From Candidatus Woesearchaeota archaeon (lineage in GTDB: Archaea > Nanobdellota > Nanobdellia > Woesearchaeales > GW2011-AR9): 64,000 bases of DNA. Both the position numbers and the translations under genes were made by a program. The stretch spans positions 316,359 through 380,358 of the forward strand of contig JABHDY010000003.1 in assembly GCA_018676855.1 (NCBI GenBank), written 5' to 3'. Below, piece after piece: positions 10,309-18,940 of the stretch. The notes under the pieces are model-generated. The model saw only the letters and a program-made list of their open reading frames with translations. It ran no database searches and was not told the DNA's origin. Every line of letters starts with the position of its first letter. Position 1 is the stretch's first letter.

Positions 10309-11163
10309 ATGGACAATAGACCAATAGGAGTTTTTGATTCAGGAGTTGGAGGGTTAACAGTAGTTAAAGAACTTATGCGAGAACTCCCAAATGAAAATAT
10401 TATCTATTTTGGTGATACTGCAAGGGTTCCCTATGGTTCAAAGTCCATTAAAACCATTGAAAGATTTTCTTTAGAAATTCTTAATTTCTTACTAAAACAA
10501 AATGTAAAAGCCGTTGTTATTGCGTGTAACTCTGCATCGGCAGCTGCACTAAAACTTTTACAAGATATATCGCCAGTTCCAGTTTATGGAGTTGTTGATG
10601 CAGGAGTTTATGCAGCATTAGAAGTAACAAGAAATAACAAAATAGGAATTGTTGGTACAAAAGCCACTATTAGAACGAATGCGCATAGAAACCTCTTTAT
10701 GGAACACAAAACAGGTTTGAAACTTTTCACACAAGCATGCCCCCTTTTTGTTCCATTGATTGAAGAGGGAATGCTTCAATCTCAAATAACAGAAAATGTA
10801 ATTCAAGAGTATCTTAAAGAACTAAAAAACGAAAAAATAGATACATTAATTTTAGGATGTACACATTATCCATTACTTAAAGAGAGAATAGAATCTTTTC
10901 TTGGACCAACAATAAAAACAATTGATCCAGCAATAATGTTAGCAAAACAAATAAAAGAAAACCCATTACTTAATAATGCAAAGAATAAAACTGTTAGTTA
11001 CAAATTTTTTGTAAGTGACGTTCCAGAAGATTTCCTTAGTATAAGTGCCCGGTTCCTTGAAATGGAAAGAATAAATGTTGAGAAGATAGTGTTAGACGAG
11101 ATTCAAATAGAAAAAGTTATGGAAACGTTAGTTCCAGTAAAAACAATTCAAAATGCAAACTAA
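10309..11163 (+). CDS. murI: Glutamate racemase
   Basis: IGVFDSGVGGLTV, FGDTARVPYGSKS, VIACNSASAAAL, LGCTHYPLL signature motifs. Confidence 0.85.
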   Translation: MDNRPIGVFDSGVGGLTVVKELMRELPNENIIYFGDTARVPYGSKSIKTIERFSLEILNFLLKQNVKAVVIACNSASAAALKLLQDISPVPVYGVVDAGVYAALEVTRNNKIGIVGTKATIRTNAHRNLFMEHKTGLKLFTQACPLFVPLIEEGMLQSQITENVIQEYLKELKNEKIDTLILGCTHYPLLKERIESFLGPTIKTIDPAIMLAKQIKENPLLNNAKNKTVSYKFFVSDVPEDFLSISARFLEMERINVEKIVLDEIQIEKVMETLVPVKTIQNAN

Positions 11164-11734
11164 TAATAATAATAAGATAGTTCTGGTTGATTGTGGTAGC
11201 AAGTACATTCAAAGACTTGTAGAGGTACTCAAAACAGATAATAGTAGTGTTGTAAGAATAAAAATTGAAGAACTAGAAAGTCGAGACTTTGATGAAGCAC
11301 ACGGAATTGTAATTAGCGGTTCGCCAACATTATTAACACAAGTTGATTATAGTCATCTTGTAAAAAAAACACAATTATGTGTTGAATCGAAACTCCCAAT
11401 TTTAGGCATCTGTTTTGGACATCAACTTTTAGGATTATATTTTGGAGCAGAAATTACTTTAGGAGAATTAAGAAAAGGAGATGAAGAAATTACTTTGAAT
11501 GAATCTGATTTGTTTAAGAATATTGACAGACAAGTAATTTTGCAAGAAATGCACCGAGAAGATATCACTGTTCCAGACAACTTTGTTCTCATTGGTACGT
11601 CTAATAACACCAAAAATGAAGCGATGAAACATAAAGATCAACCAATTTACGGAACACAATTCCATCCAGAAATATCGGGAGATGTAGGTTCAGTAATAAT
11701 TAATAATTTTATAAAGATTAGTGAAAAACAATAA
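11153..11734 (+). CDS. Class-I glutamine amidotransferase, GMP synthase subunit A (GuaAA)-like
   Basis: ILGICFGHQLL catalytic Cys motif and AMKHKDQPIYGTQFHPE His motif, 193 aa; no adjacent ATP-pyrophosphatase subunit. Confidence 0.7.
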   Translation: MQTNNNNKIVLVDCGSKYIQRLVEVLKTDNSSVVRIKIEELESRDFDEAHGIVISGSPTLLTQVDYSHLVKKTQLCVESKLPILGICFGHQLLGLYFGAEITLGELRKGDEEITLNESDLFKNIDRQVILQEMHREDITVPDNFVLIGTSNNTKNEAMKHKDQPIYGTQFHPEISGDVGSVIINNFIKISEKQ

Positions 11735-11746
11735 TAACACCATACA

Positions 11747-12346
11747 ATGATACCATATATCCAATCAACACCGTACACAACTGCTGCATCATCACTCCTA
11801 ACAATATTACATCATTTGAAAGGCATCCCATTAACGAAAGAGCAAGAATTCAACATTTGGAAAAAGACAGTAAACCTTCCAACAAGGGCCTCGTCAATCT
11901 ACGCATTAGCGTCATATGCACATAAAGAAGGATTAACACCAAAAGTAGTTGTTGAAAAGAAAGAGTACGATTTTCCAGATTATAGATTCTATAAATATAC
12001 AAAGGAAGATATTGACCATGCATCTTTTATAGCAGATTTACACTTAAGAAATGCAAAGAATAATAATATTCAAATTGAGGAACAAGAAATTACAATAAAC
12101 CATATAAAAAATGAATTAGAAAACGATAAAATACTTATACTAAGACTAAACACGAAGCCTATTCGGAATGAAAAAAGAAACACGTCAAATTATGTTGTTG
12201 TTCATGGATATTCAAACCAATATTATCATATAGTTGACCCATTGGTTGGTGGTATATCCGTACCCGAACATGTATTTCATGAATCATTCCAATCGCTTGA
12301 AACGAAAAAATATCGAGATCATCGAATGATTGTTTTCTCAAATTAA
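11747..12346 (+). CDS. Peptidase C39-like (papain-fold) domain protein with predicted catalytic Cys replaced by Thr
   Basis: N-terminus IPYIQSTPYTTAASSLLTILHHLKGIPLTKEQ aligns with the C39-like vPYysQ..ysCGpAslaMvL..g...sqee pattern but has T in place of C; conserved His candidate in VVVHGY. Confidence 0.4.
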   Translation: MIPYIQSTPYTTAASSLLTILHHLKGIPLTKEQEFNIWKKTVNLPTRASSIYALASYAHKEGLTPKVVVEKKEYDFPDYRFYKYTKEDIDHASFIADLHLRNAKNNNIQIEEQEITINHIKNELENDKILILRLNTKPIRNEKRNTSNYVVVHGYSNQYYHIVDPLVGGISVPEHVFHESFQSLETKKYRDHRMIVFSN

Positions 12347-12349
12347 AAA

Positions 12350-13111
12350 ATGTGTCGAATGTTAATTGCCGTTGGAAAAGTACAGATAGGTCCGCTATTA
12401 GATGGAATTACACAAATGGCACTTGATCAGAATTCTACGCATGAATTAAATAAAGATGTTGGACGAGGAAATTTTAAACATCCTGACGGGTGGGGCATCG
12501 CATACATGAAAGACAAAGAATGGGTTATGTACAAATCTACACAAGCAATTTTTGAAGATCCAAAAACGTCAGAGTTACGAGATATTGAAACAGCATGCGT
12601 TATCATTCATGTACGGCAGGGAACAAAGGGAGAAATTGTGAAGGAAAACACGCATCCGTTCAGGTTTCAGAGTGATGAATTGGGAGATTTTATATTTTGT
12701 CATAATGGAACCATCCATAGAGAAATTTCGCATAGTGACCTTTTCAATCCAAAGGGAACAACAGATTCTGAACAACTATTTTATTCAATCCTTACAAAGA
12801 CAAAAAAAAGTTCAATAAAATATGCAATTATAAAAACGTTTGAACAATTTTCTGACCCATTTAGTTCAAACATAATATTTGCATCAAAGAAAAAGTCTTT
12901 CATACATATGAGAGGTACAAAATATCCAACATACTTACAAATGCATATGGGGAAGAAACGAGGACTAAAGATCATCAGTTCTGAACAGTTTCACCATATT
13001 AAGAATATGAAATGGAAAGCATTACAAAACAAAGATTTAATCATAATTAACAATAAAACAGGGAGATGTAAGATCATAAAAATGCGTGAAACCGTCCTCA
13101 CCAAGCACTAA
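12350..13111 (+). CDS. Class-II (Ntn-hydrolase, YafJ/EgtC-type) glutamine amidotransferase-like protein
   Basis: N-terminal MC (Cys2 nucleophile), HPDGWGIAYM, IIHVRQGTKGEIVKENTHPF, FIFCHNGTI motifs. Confidence 0.7.
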   Translation: MCRMLIAVGKVQIGPLLDGITQMALDQNSTHELNKDVGRGNFKHPDGWGIAYMKDKEWVMYKSTQAIFEDPKTSELRDIETACVIIHVRQGTKGEIVKENTHPFRFQSDELGDFIFCHNGTIHREISHSDLFNPKGTTDSEQLFYSILTKTKKSSIKYAIIKTFEQFSDPFSSNIIFASKKKSFIHMRGTKYPTYLQMHMGKKRGLKIISSEQFHHIKNMKWKALQNKDLIIINNKTGRCKIIKMRETVLTKH

Positions 13112-13155
13112 AGTGCCTGGTCTGAACTGAGACGGTTTCTAAACCACGCATTTTT
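13079..13155 (+). terminator. Compound hairpin (10 bp + 8 bp stems with internal sub-hairpin) at the 3' end of the 9.2-13.1 kb operon
   Basis: aaaatgcgtg/cacgcatttt and gaaaccgtc/gacggtttc perfect inverted repeats, inner gcac-taaa-gtgc hairpin, followed by T-run. Confidence 0.4.
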
Positions 13156-13271
13156 AGGACGCCAAAAAGATGGAAAACCATTTATTCACAGACTAAAATT
13201 AGTGGCTTTCTGTCTTTTTGTCTGTAAATAAACACAAAAATATAAAAACAAAGGAGATAATTCAATAAAAA

Positions 13272-13550
13272 ATGGAAGTTACAATATATACAATACCTTC
13301 ATGTCCATGGTGTAAAAAGCTTATTACATGGTTAAAACGGAAAAGGATACCTTTCACTGAATGTGATACGTATGAAGAAAATTCTTGTAGAGAAAGTTTA
13401 CTAAACAAAACTGGCCAGTTAGCGGTACCAACAGTAGACATTGATGGAACGGTAATCATAGGATTCCAAGAGAAACAGTTGAGTAACGCCATTGAAAAGG
13501 CAAAGAAAGCTAAAGTTCCCGAAGTACCTGTTCAGGATTCTTCTGAGTGA
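13272..13550 (+). CDS. Glutaredoxin-like small thioredoxin-fold protein
   Basis: CPWC active-site motif and glutaredoxin-like VPTV..G motif. Confidence 0.65.
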   Translation: MEVTIYTIPSCPWCKKLITWLKRKRIPFTECDTYEENSCRESLLNKTGQLAVPTVDIDGTVIIGFQEKQLSNAIEKAKKAKVPEVPVQDSSE

Positions 13551-14451
13551 AAAGGATATCGTACAAACCTTGAAGTAATGGAATGTTAACGTTAAACCGT
13601 TTTACCAATTCTGGAACACATTGTGCTGTTGTAACACCTTCAGCCACCATTGCCATTCCCTTCAAAACGTCATCTAACAAATTTCCTTTCCCAACTTCTT
13701 GACCAGCAAACCTATTTCGTGAATGTTGACTTGTACACGTCACAATAACATCGCCCATACCCGCTAAACCTAGAAATGTTTCGGGGAGGGCACCCCATTC
13801 AATTCCAACTTGTTGAATTTCTTGAAGACCTTTCGTCATGACAAACGCCTTTGCATTATCGCCAAGGCCCATACCATCAAGCACACCAATAAATACTGCA
13901 AGAATGTTTTTCAGTGCTGCACAAACTTGCACACCAACAAGATCATCACTTAAATCAACTTTGAAAGTATCAGTTTCAAAAATGTCTTTAATCTTTTCTT
14001 TTCCTTCACTACCTGCTAACACAATGCCGCTAAATAATCCTTTACACACTTCTTCTGCATGCGTTGGCCCATATAAACAATACACTTCTGAAGAATATTG
14101 TTTCATAACATCGCTTAACAATTGCGTATTGTTTGCAAACCCTTTTGAACAGACGATTATTGGTTGATTCTTGAGGAACGGTTTTGCTTTTTCCATGGTA
14201 CTTTCTACTTTATCAGATGGAACAACAACTAAAATTAATTCGCTGTCTGAAAGAACGGGTTCCATGTTTGAATAAACGGAAATGTTTTCGGGCAATTTTG
14301 CGTCTGGAAGCAACGGACAGAATCGATCCTGATGCATCTTTTGTGCTTGCTCTTGAAAGAATTCCCACATAGTAATTGTATGATTTTTTTTTGCTAAATG
14401 GACAGCTAATGCCGTCCCCCAACTGCCACCACCAAGAATAGATATTTTCAT
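13510..14451 (-). CDS. gpsA: NAD(P)H-dependent glycerol-3-phosphate dehydrogenase (bacterial GpsA type)
   Basis: MKISILGGGSWGTALA Rossmann motif and GpsA C-terminal domain; start set at internal ATG 14451. Confidence 0.8.
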   Translation of the reverse strand: MKISILGGGSWGTALAVHLAKKNHTITMWEFFQEQAQKMHQDRFCPLLPDAKLPENISVYSNMEPVLSDSELILVVVPSDKVESTMEKAKPFLKNQPIIVCSKGFANNTQLLSDVMKQYSSEVYCLYGPTHAEEVCKGLFSGIVLAGSEGKEKIKDIFETDTFKVDLSDDLVGVQVCAALKNILAVFIGVLDGMGLGDNAKAFVMTKGLQEIQQVGIEWGALPETFLGLAGMGDVIVTCTSQHSRNRFAGQEVGKGNLLDDVLKGMAMVAEGVTTAQCVPELVKRFNVNIPLLQGLYDILFTQKNPEQVLREL

Positions 14452-14491
14452 AACGTGAAAGAATAGATATGCATTTAAATTACTTATGAAT

Positions 14492-14959
14492 TTATTGTAC
14501 AACAATCGTCCCAATCGTCCCGATAACAACTGCATCTACGTACGTATATTCTCCCGATTCAGTAAATGTCCATGTGAATGTATCGGAACTTTCTAAAAAA
14601 CCGCTGTTCATTGAAGATATTTCTCGTACGCCGACAACAAGTGCAGACAATGAAGTCCTATCATTTCTCCAAAGAATTTCTTGCCCTTTATCAACAACAA
14701 TCTTTTTTGGATGAAACCCGTCTTGTGAAATGGTAACTTCCATAATATTGTTAGCATCTTGCTGATTACCACTAATACTATTAAATGAATCAAAAAAAGA
14801 ATCAAACAAACTTATCGGCCTAACAGCTTCATGATTCTGAGAAAAAATAAGGGGAGCAGTAAATATGGTGCCATCATACAATGTAAAGAACATGCTTGAT
14901 GCAGTAACACCATACATCAAAATACAGAGTAATCCAAGAATTGACAAGAATTTTTTCAT
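14492..14959 (-). CDS. Secreted protein (Sec signal peptide), unknown function
   Basis: MKKFLSILGLLCILMYGVTASS signal peptide; last gene of a four-gene surface operon. Confidence 0.45.
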   Translation of the reverse strand: MKKFLSILGLLCILMYGVTASSMFFTLYDGTIFTAPLIFSQNHEAVRPISLFDSFFDSFNSISGNQQDANNIMEVTISQDGFHPKKIVVDKGQEILWRNDRTSLSALVVGVREISSMNSGFLESSDTFTWTFTESGEYTYVDAVVIGTIGTIVVQ

Positions 14960-14961
14960 TT

Positions 14962-15831
14962 CTATTTCACCAATGTTAAGCTATGTTGTTTTGTCCATTC
15001 ATACGTAAAAGTAAAGTCTGCACTTAACGTTGTCATATACGAATCAAGATTTTCAAGTATTGACTTTTTACATATTAACACGGCTTCACGTTCAATTTCT
15101 GTACCTATAATCTTTCGTTTATCTTCCGAACCCTGAAATTGACATTCAAGACGTTTCCCACCAAGTTCAGCGTTCATGAACGTAATGTCTTTTATGTCTC
15201 CCTGTCCACCATTACTAAGGAAAAGTCTAAATTCAACTTCTGGAAAGTCTCCAGGAGTGATTATTTCTTCAACGTGGTTAACCATTAACGGCGAACCCTG
15301 CCCAGAATAAGACATTGTTTCTTCAACTGCACAACCGGCATCATAGACGTCATACAAGTTAGGGTTAATACATACAGTATCAACAAATTCCATTGTTGAC
15401 GTATATTCTGCTTTCAAAATAAAGTTAGTCGAATATTGTTCTGAACCCTGAAACAAATCGTTCGATTTACCATCAAAAATGTCAACAAAGGTTCTTTCAC
15501 CTGAAGGATTAGTAAGACTTCTTCCTAAAAGCGGATCAAAAACCTGTTCATTAGGAGAAACAGTAAAGTATGTAGTGTCAAGACCAATAATTGATACCTT
15601 TCCGTCTGTAACGTCGTACGCTGCCTGATTATCAAGTTCAACAATAAATTTGAATGATGATTGAGGATATATTGTGTCAGGTGGCGCATTATCAAAAAGT
15701 TGTATGTTCAATTCAGGAGTTCCCTGTTTGAAATTGAACTGGGTAGCTTTTTCAACATCAGAACCGCCACAGCCAATAAGAAAAAGTGTAATTAAGACTA
15801 TACAGATACGTAACCCAATCGATTTATTCAT
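14962..15831 (-). CDS. Lipoprotein (lipobox LIGCGG), beta-rich; paralogous to 47220-48173 and 48227-49135
   Basis: Signal peptide plus lipobox Cys; shared NKG-YD/beta-sandwich-like pattern with the other two lipoproteins. Confidence 0.5.
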   Translation of the reverse strand: MNKSIGLRICIVLITLFLIGCGGSDVEKATQFNFKQGTPELNIQLFDNAPPDTIYPQSSFKFIVELDNQAAYDVTDGKVSIIGLDTTYFTVSPNEQVFDPLLGRSLTNPSGERTFVDIFDGKSNDLFQGSEQYSTNFILKAEYTSTMEFVDTVCINPNLYDVYDAGCAVEETMSYSGQGSPLMVNHVEEIITPGDFPEVEFRLFLSNGGQGDIKDITFMNAELGGKRLECQFQGSEDKRKIIGTEIEREAVLICKKSILENLDSYMTTLSADFTFTYEWTKQHSLTLVK

Positions 15832-17578
15832 GGACAGTCACACCCATCTTATCATTTTCAACTACATAATCATACACTAAATCTGCCCAGTATGTCCGTT
15901 TTTCGTATGTATCCGTATCCTTTAAATCGGAAGGAAAATTGCTTAATGTACAACTTGCTAATCCAAACTGTCGTACAGCAGTTTTGTTTAGAGGAAATGT
16001 TGTTCTTTTTGTACTTTGTAAACAATTACCGTTAAAACCTTCCATTGCAATTTTGTATGAATTAATAGCAGCAAGTTTACCGGTACCTAAGTTTTTAACA
16101 GAAACTCCAACTTCAATTGACCTAGAACCGTATATAACTGCTTCTTCAGGAGGGTTACCATATCCAAAAATTAATTGTGCAGGGTCTGATGGTGATTGTG
16201 AAGATTTATATTTAGATTTAAAGTTAGAACCTTCAGCTTCTGTAATAAGTTCAAGAACTTCTAATTCTTCTTCGTATGTTTTATCACCTATAAAAAATCG
16301 TACTGCGTACGCAGACGTTTTGACATTTTTTAATGTTGCAGTGTACACAACTTTATACTTTCCAACAGGAAATTCGCCACTAGGTTCACATGTAACAGAT
16401 TCTGACCGCTTTTCAGCTGTTAAAGAAATCGTTGAGGGGCTAACTTTTCCATCAACTTTTTTAAGAGTTCCCTGATTAAAATGGCATGTAAGTTCTGCCG
16501 TAATGTCTTGTTTTAACGGATTTTCATAATCAAAATTTATTCTGTACCGAGGCGTGCCTAAACTAAGATATGTATCTGAAAAGGTTCCAGGAGGAATAAC
16601 AAACGCAAATTTTGTAGGGTTCAGTTCCCTATCAACAGCACCACTAACTTGAAATGCTGCTTCCGATTTCTTTTTCTGTTCATTTTCTATGCACGTGTTA
16701 AATTCTTCTTTATCTTTTGGATCAATATTTTCAACATGTTCACAGAAAATTTTCAATTCTGATAACTCTTGCCGTTCATTAACACATTCAGTAACGTCTG
16801 CATACCTTCCACCAAATATACATCGAAGGTTTGACCATGCAGGATTTTCTCCCTCTGGAAGTTGTTCACGAAGTCTTGCTTGTGCAGCTTCAAACTCTTC
16901 CGTTCCAGGAAGAAGAGATGTTGCATCGTCATAGCCAACACCTGGAATGGCTGGAATGACTAAGATCGATACAATGTATAAAAGGCCTGCAATTCGTGAT
17001 ATGCTAATAAGTGCATTTGTTCCTTTATTCTCGCCAAACGGCAATGTCATCAATCCAAGGAATGCCCACCATGGCATATAGAGTGCCAAGCTTTCTACAA
17101 GTGGTGTTAAAGGGAGGTGTAATTGTTCTCGTAGAAGAGGTATTAAACCAACATCAAGAAATAAGAATATAATTGGAATAAAACCATATAATAATGGTTG
17201 AACACCTTCTCCTTTTGTGATAGCACCAATTAAAATAAGAACAAAGACACTAATCCCAGCAAAATAGTAAATAAATGGGGTGGCTATTGATGTTTGAAAT
17301 GCGTAAAGCCAAATAGCAAAAATAATCATAGGAACTAATATTACTGCTTTATCTTTCTCAACTTTTGCAGCTAATGCATACCCTGCAATAAAAAAAAGAA
17401 TCAGTGATGTTATTTTGATAATAACAATATCAAAATTAAATATACGTAACAAATAATGTCCTGCACCAAGTAATAGTAATAAGAAACTTGACGCTTTAAG
17501 TGCACCTGCAGCTTGGCTTAACCCTTCCTTAACAGCCGCACCAGCAGAAATCGCTTTTGTTAATCCCACTTTAGACAT
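15824..17578 (-). CDS. Polytopic membrane protein with Cys-containing extracytoplasmic C-terminal domain
   Basis: About 8 hydrophobic helices in the N-terminal half; C-terminal 330 aa hydrophilic with multiple Cys. Confidence 0.5.
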   Translation of the reverse strand: MSKVGLTKAISAGAAVKEGLSQAAGALKASSFLLLLLGAGHYLLRIFNFDIVIIKITSLILFFIAGYALAAKVEKDKAVILVPMIIFAIWLYAFQTSIATPFIYYFAGISVFVLILIGAITKGEGVQPLLYGFIPIIFLFLDVGLIPLLREQLHLPLTPLVESLALYMPWWAFLGLMTLPFGENKGTNALISISRIAGLLYIVSILVIPAIPGVGYDDATSLLPGTEEFEAAQARLREQLPEGENPAWSNLRCIFGGRYADVTECVNERQELSELKIFCEHVENIDPKDKEEFNTCIENEQKKKSEAAFQVSGAVDRELNPTKFAFVIPPGTFSDTYLSLGTPRYRINFDYENPLKQDITAELTCHFNQGTLKKVDGKVSPSTISLTAEKRSESVTCEPSGEFPVGKYKVVYTATLKNVKTSAYAVRFFIGDKTYEEELEVLELITEAEGSNFKSKYKSSQSPSDPAQLIFGYGNPPEEAVIYGSRSIEVGVSVKNLGTGKLAAINSYKIAMEGFNGNCLQSTKRTTFPLNKTAVRQFGLASCTLSNFPSDLKDTDTYEKRTYWADLVYDYVVENDKMGVTVHE

Positions 17579-17614
17579 GTACCCTCTTTTTTATAAATCA
17601 TAAAATAAAAAAAA

Positions 17615-18823
17615 TTATTTTACTAAATCAATATTTAATTTTCGTACTTCTAACGTTTTTCGCGGTTTAATTTTAACTGCATTACTACCACGTTCAATAT
17701 CATCACTAATGTCCATTGCGTACGAAACTTCTTGTGTATCAAAATGTCCAATGTGACCATTAACAATTACATCGCCACGTTTTCGTGTGATGACATCAAC
17801 AAAGTCCAAATTTAAACGAACTTTTCTGTCTTCGTCTACAACTTCTTCGTATTCTTCATTAGACAGTTCAAAGTAATATGTTGGAAAATCTACTTCTTTT
17901 AAATCTGATTCAAGTACAATATGTGATAAGATATACCTACCACGTTCTGTATGGAACGTTATCCTGTTTTCGCCAAGATACACATGGTCTAAAGAAAATT
18001 CTAGTGGAATCATTGCAATATCACAGTCAGGAACACCATTATAAATTTCATTACCGTTAATATCAATCGTTAATTTACCAACAGTTTCATACACACATTG
18101 TGGTTGAAATTTTAATGTAATACGTTCAAGGTTTTTCTTTTCAGTTTCTGAAAGAAGGAAAACGTGTCGTGATGATTGTGCTTCAATACTTGTCACGTCA
18201 GCAACAACTTTAACATTTCGTAGAGATACTTCGTTTGTTTGCCAGAACACAATGCCTGGTGACGTTACTGTAAATTCTATCACATTATCAGCTGACAAAT
18301 AACTTTTTGATAAAATAATTGGAGGTTGTGATCCCGCAACGACAACAGCATTATAAATTTCTTCACCATTTAACGAGATAATAAGTCTTCCGCCCGTAAT
18401 TTCTTCTACCATAAAACTTAAAATGATATTTTGTGTATTCTCAACGTCAGGTACAGCAAAGGGAAATGTACTTACTTCTTCAGAGAAAACACCTTCTTTT
18501 GCATATGCACGAATCTTTTCTGCGAGAACACGCGATTCTGTTTGAGTATAAATCGTAACAACGGGAAGGGGATGTTCAATTTCATTTTGAGCAAGATAAT
18601 CTATTCGTCCAGGACTTTCTTCAAGTAACGATTTTTCAAGTATAAGATCTTCAAGATCGGTATCATCTGATGATACGTCTGTATCGGTGGTTGTTCCTTC
18701 ACCAAGAAGTTCTGCACGATCTGCTGGTGGTAATAAAATGACGAAACCTATTAATACGACAGCAATGATTGCAATCAATACTGCTGCACTCGCTGCCTGA
18801 CCTCTTTTTGTTGCTCGTTTCAT
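17615..18823 (-). CDS. Large surface protein with putative class III (type IV pilin-like) signal peptide
   Basis: MKRATKRG-QAASAAVLIAIIAVVLIGFVIL fits the archaeal prepilin pattern [KR]G|[Q/A] followed by a hydrophobic helix. Confidence 0.5.
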   Translation of the reverse strand: MKRATKRGQAASAAVLIAIIAVVLIGFVILLPPADRAELLGEGTTTDTDVSSDDTDLEDLILEKSLLEESPGRIDYLAQNEIEHPLPVVTIYTQTESRVLAEKIRAYAKEGVFSEEVSTFPFAVPDVENTQNIILSFMVEEITGGRLIISLNGEEIYNAVVVAGSQPPIILSKSYLSADNVIEFTVTSPGIVFWQTNEVSLRNVKVVADVTSIEAQSSRHVFLLSETEKKNLERITLKFQPQCVYETVGKLTIDINGNEIYNGVPDCDIAMIPLEFSLDHVYLGENRITFHTERGRYILSHIVLESDLKEVDFPTYYFELSNEEYEEVVDEDRKVRLNLDFVDVITRKRGDVIVNGHIGHFDTQEVSYAMDISDDIERGSNAVKIKPRKTLEVRKLNIDLVK

Positions 18824-18940
18824 AGAGAATATGGAATATATTAGTATATATAAAGGTATTGTGTTTTTGAAATGTAAATTCTACTCCCAATAGACAAGAG
18901 AAAACAACATTTTTATAACTGAACAGATTCTAAACATTCT

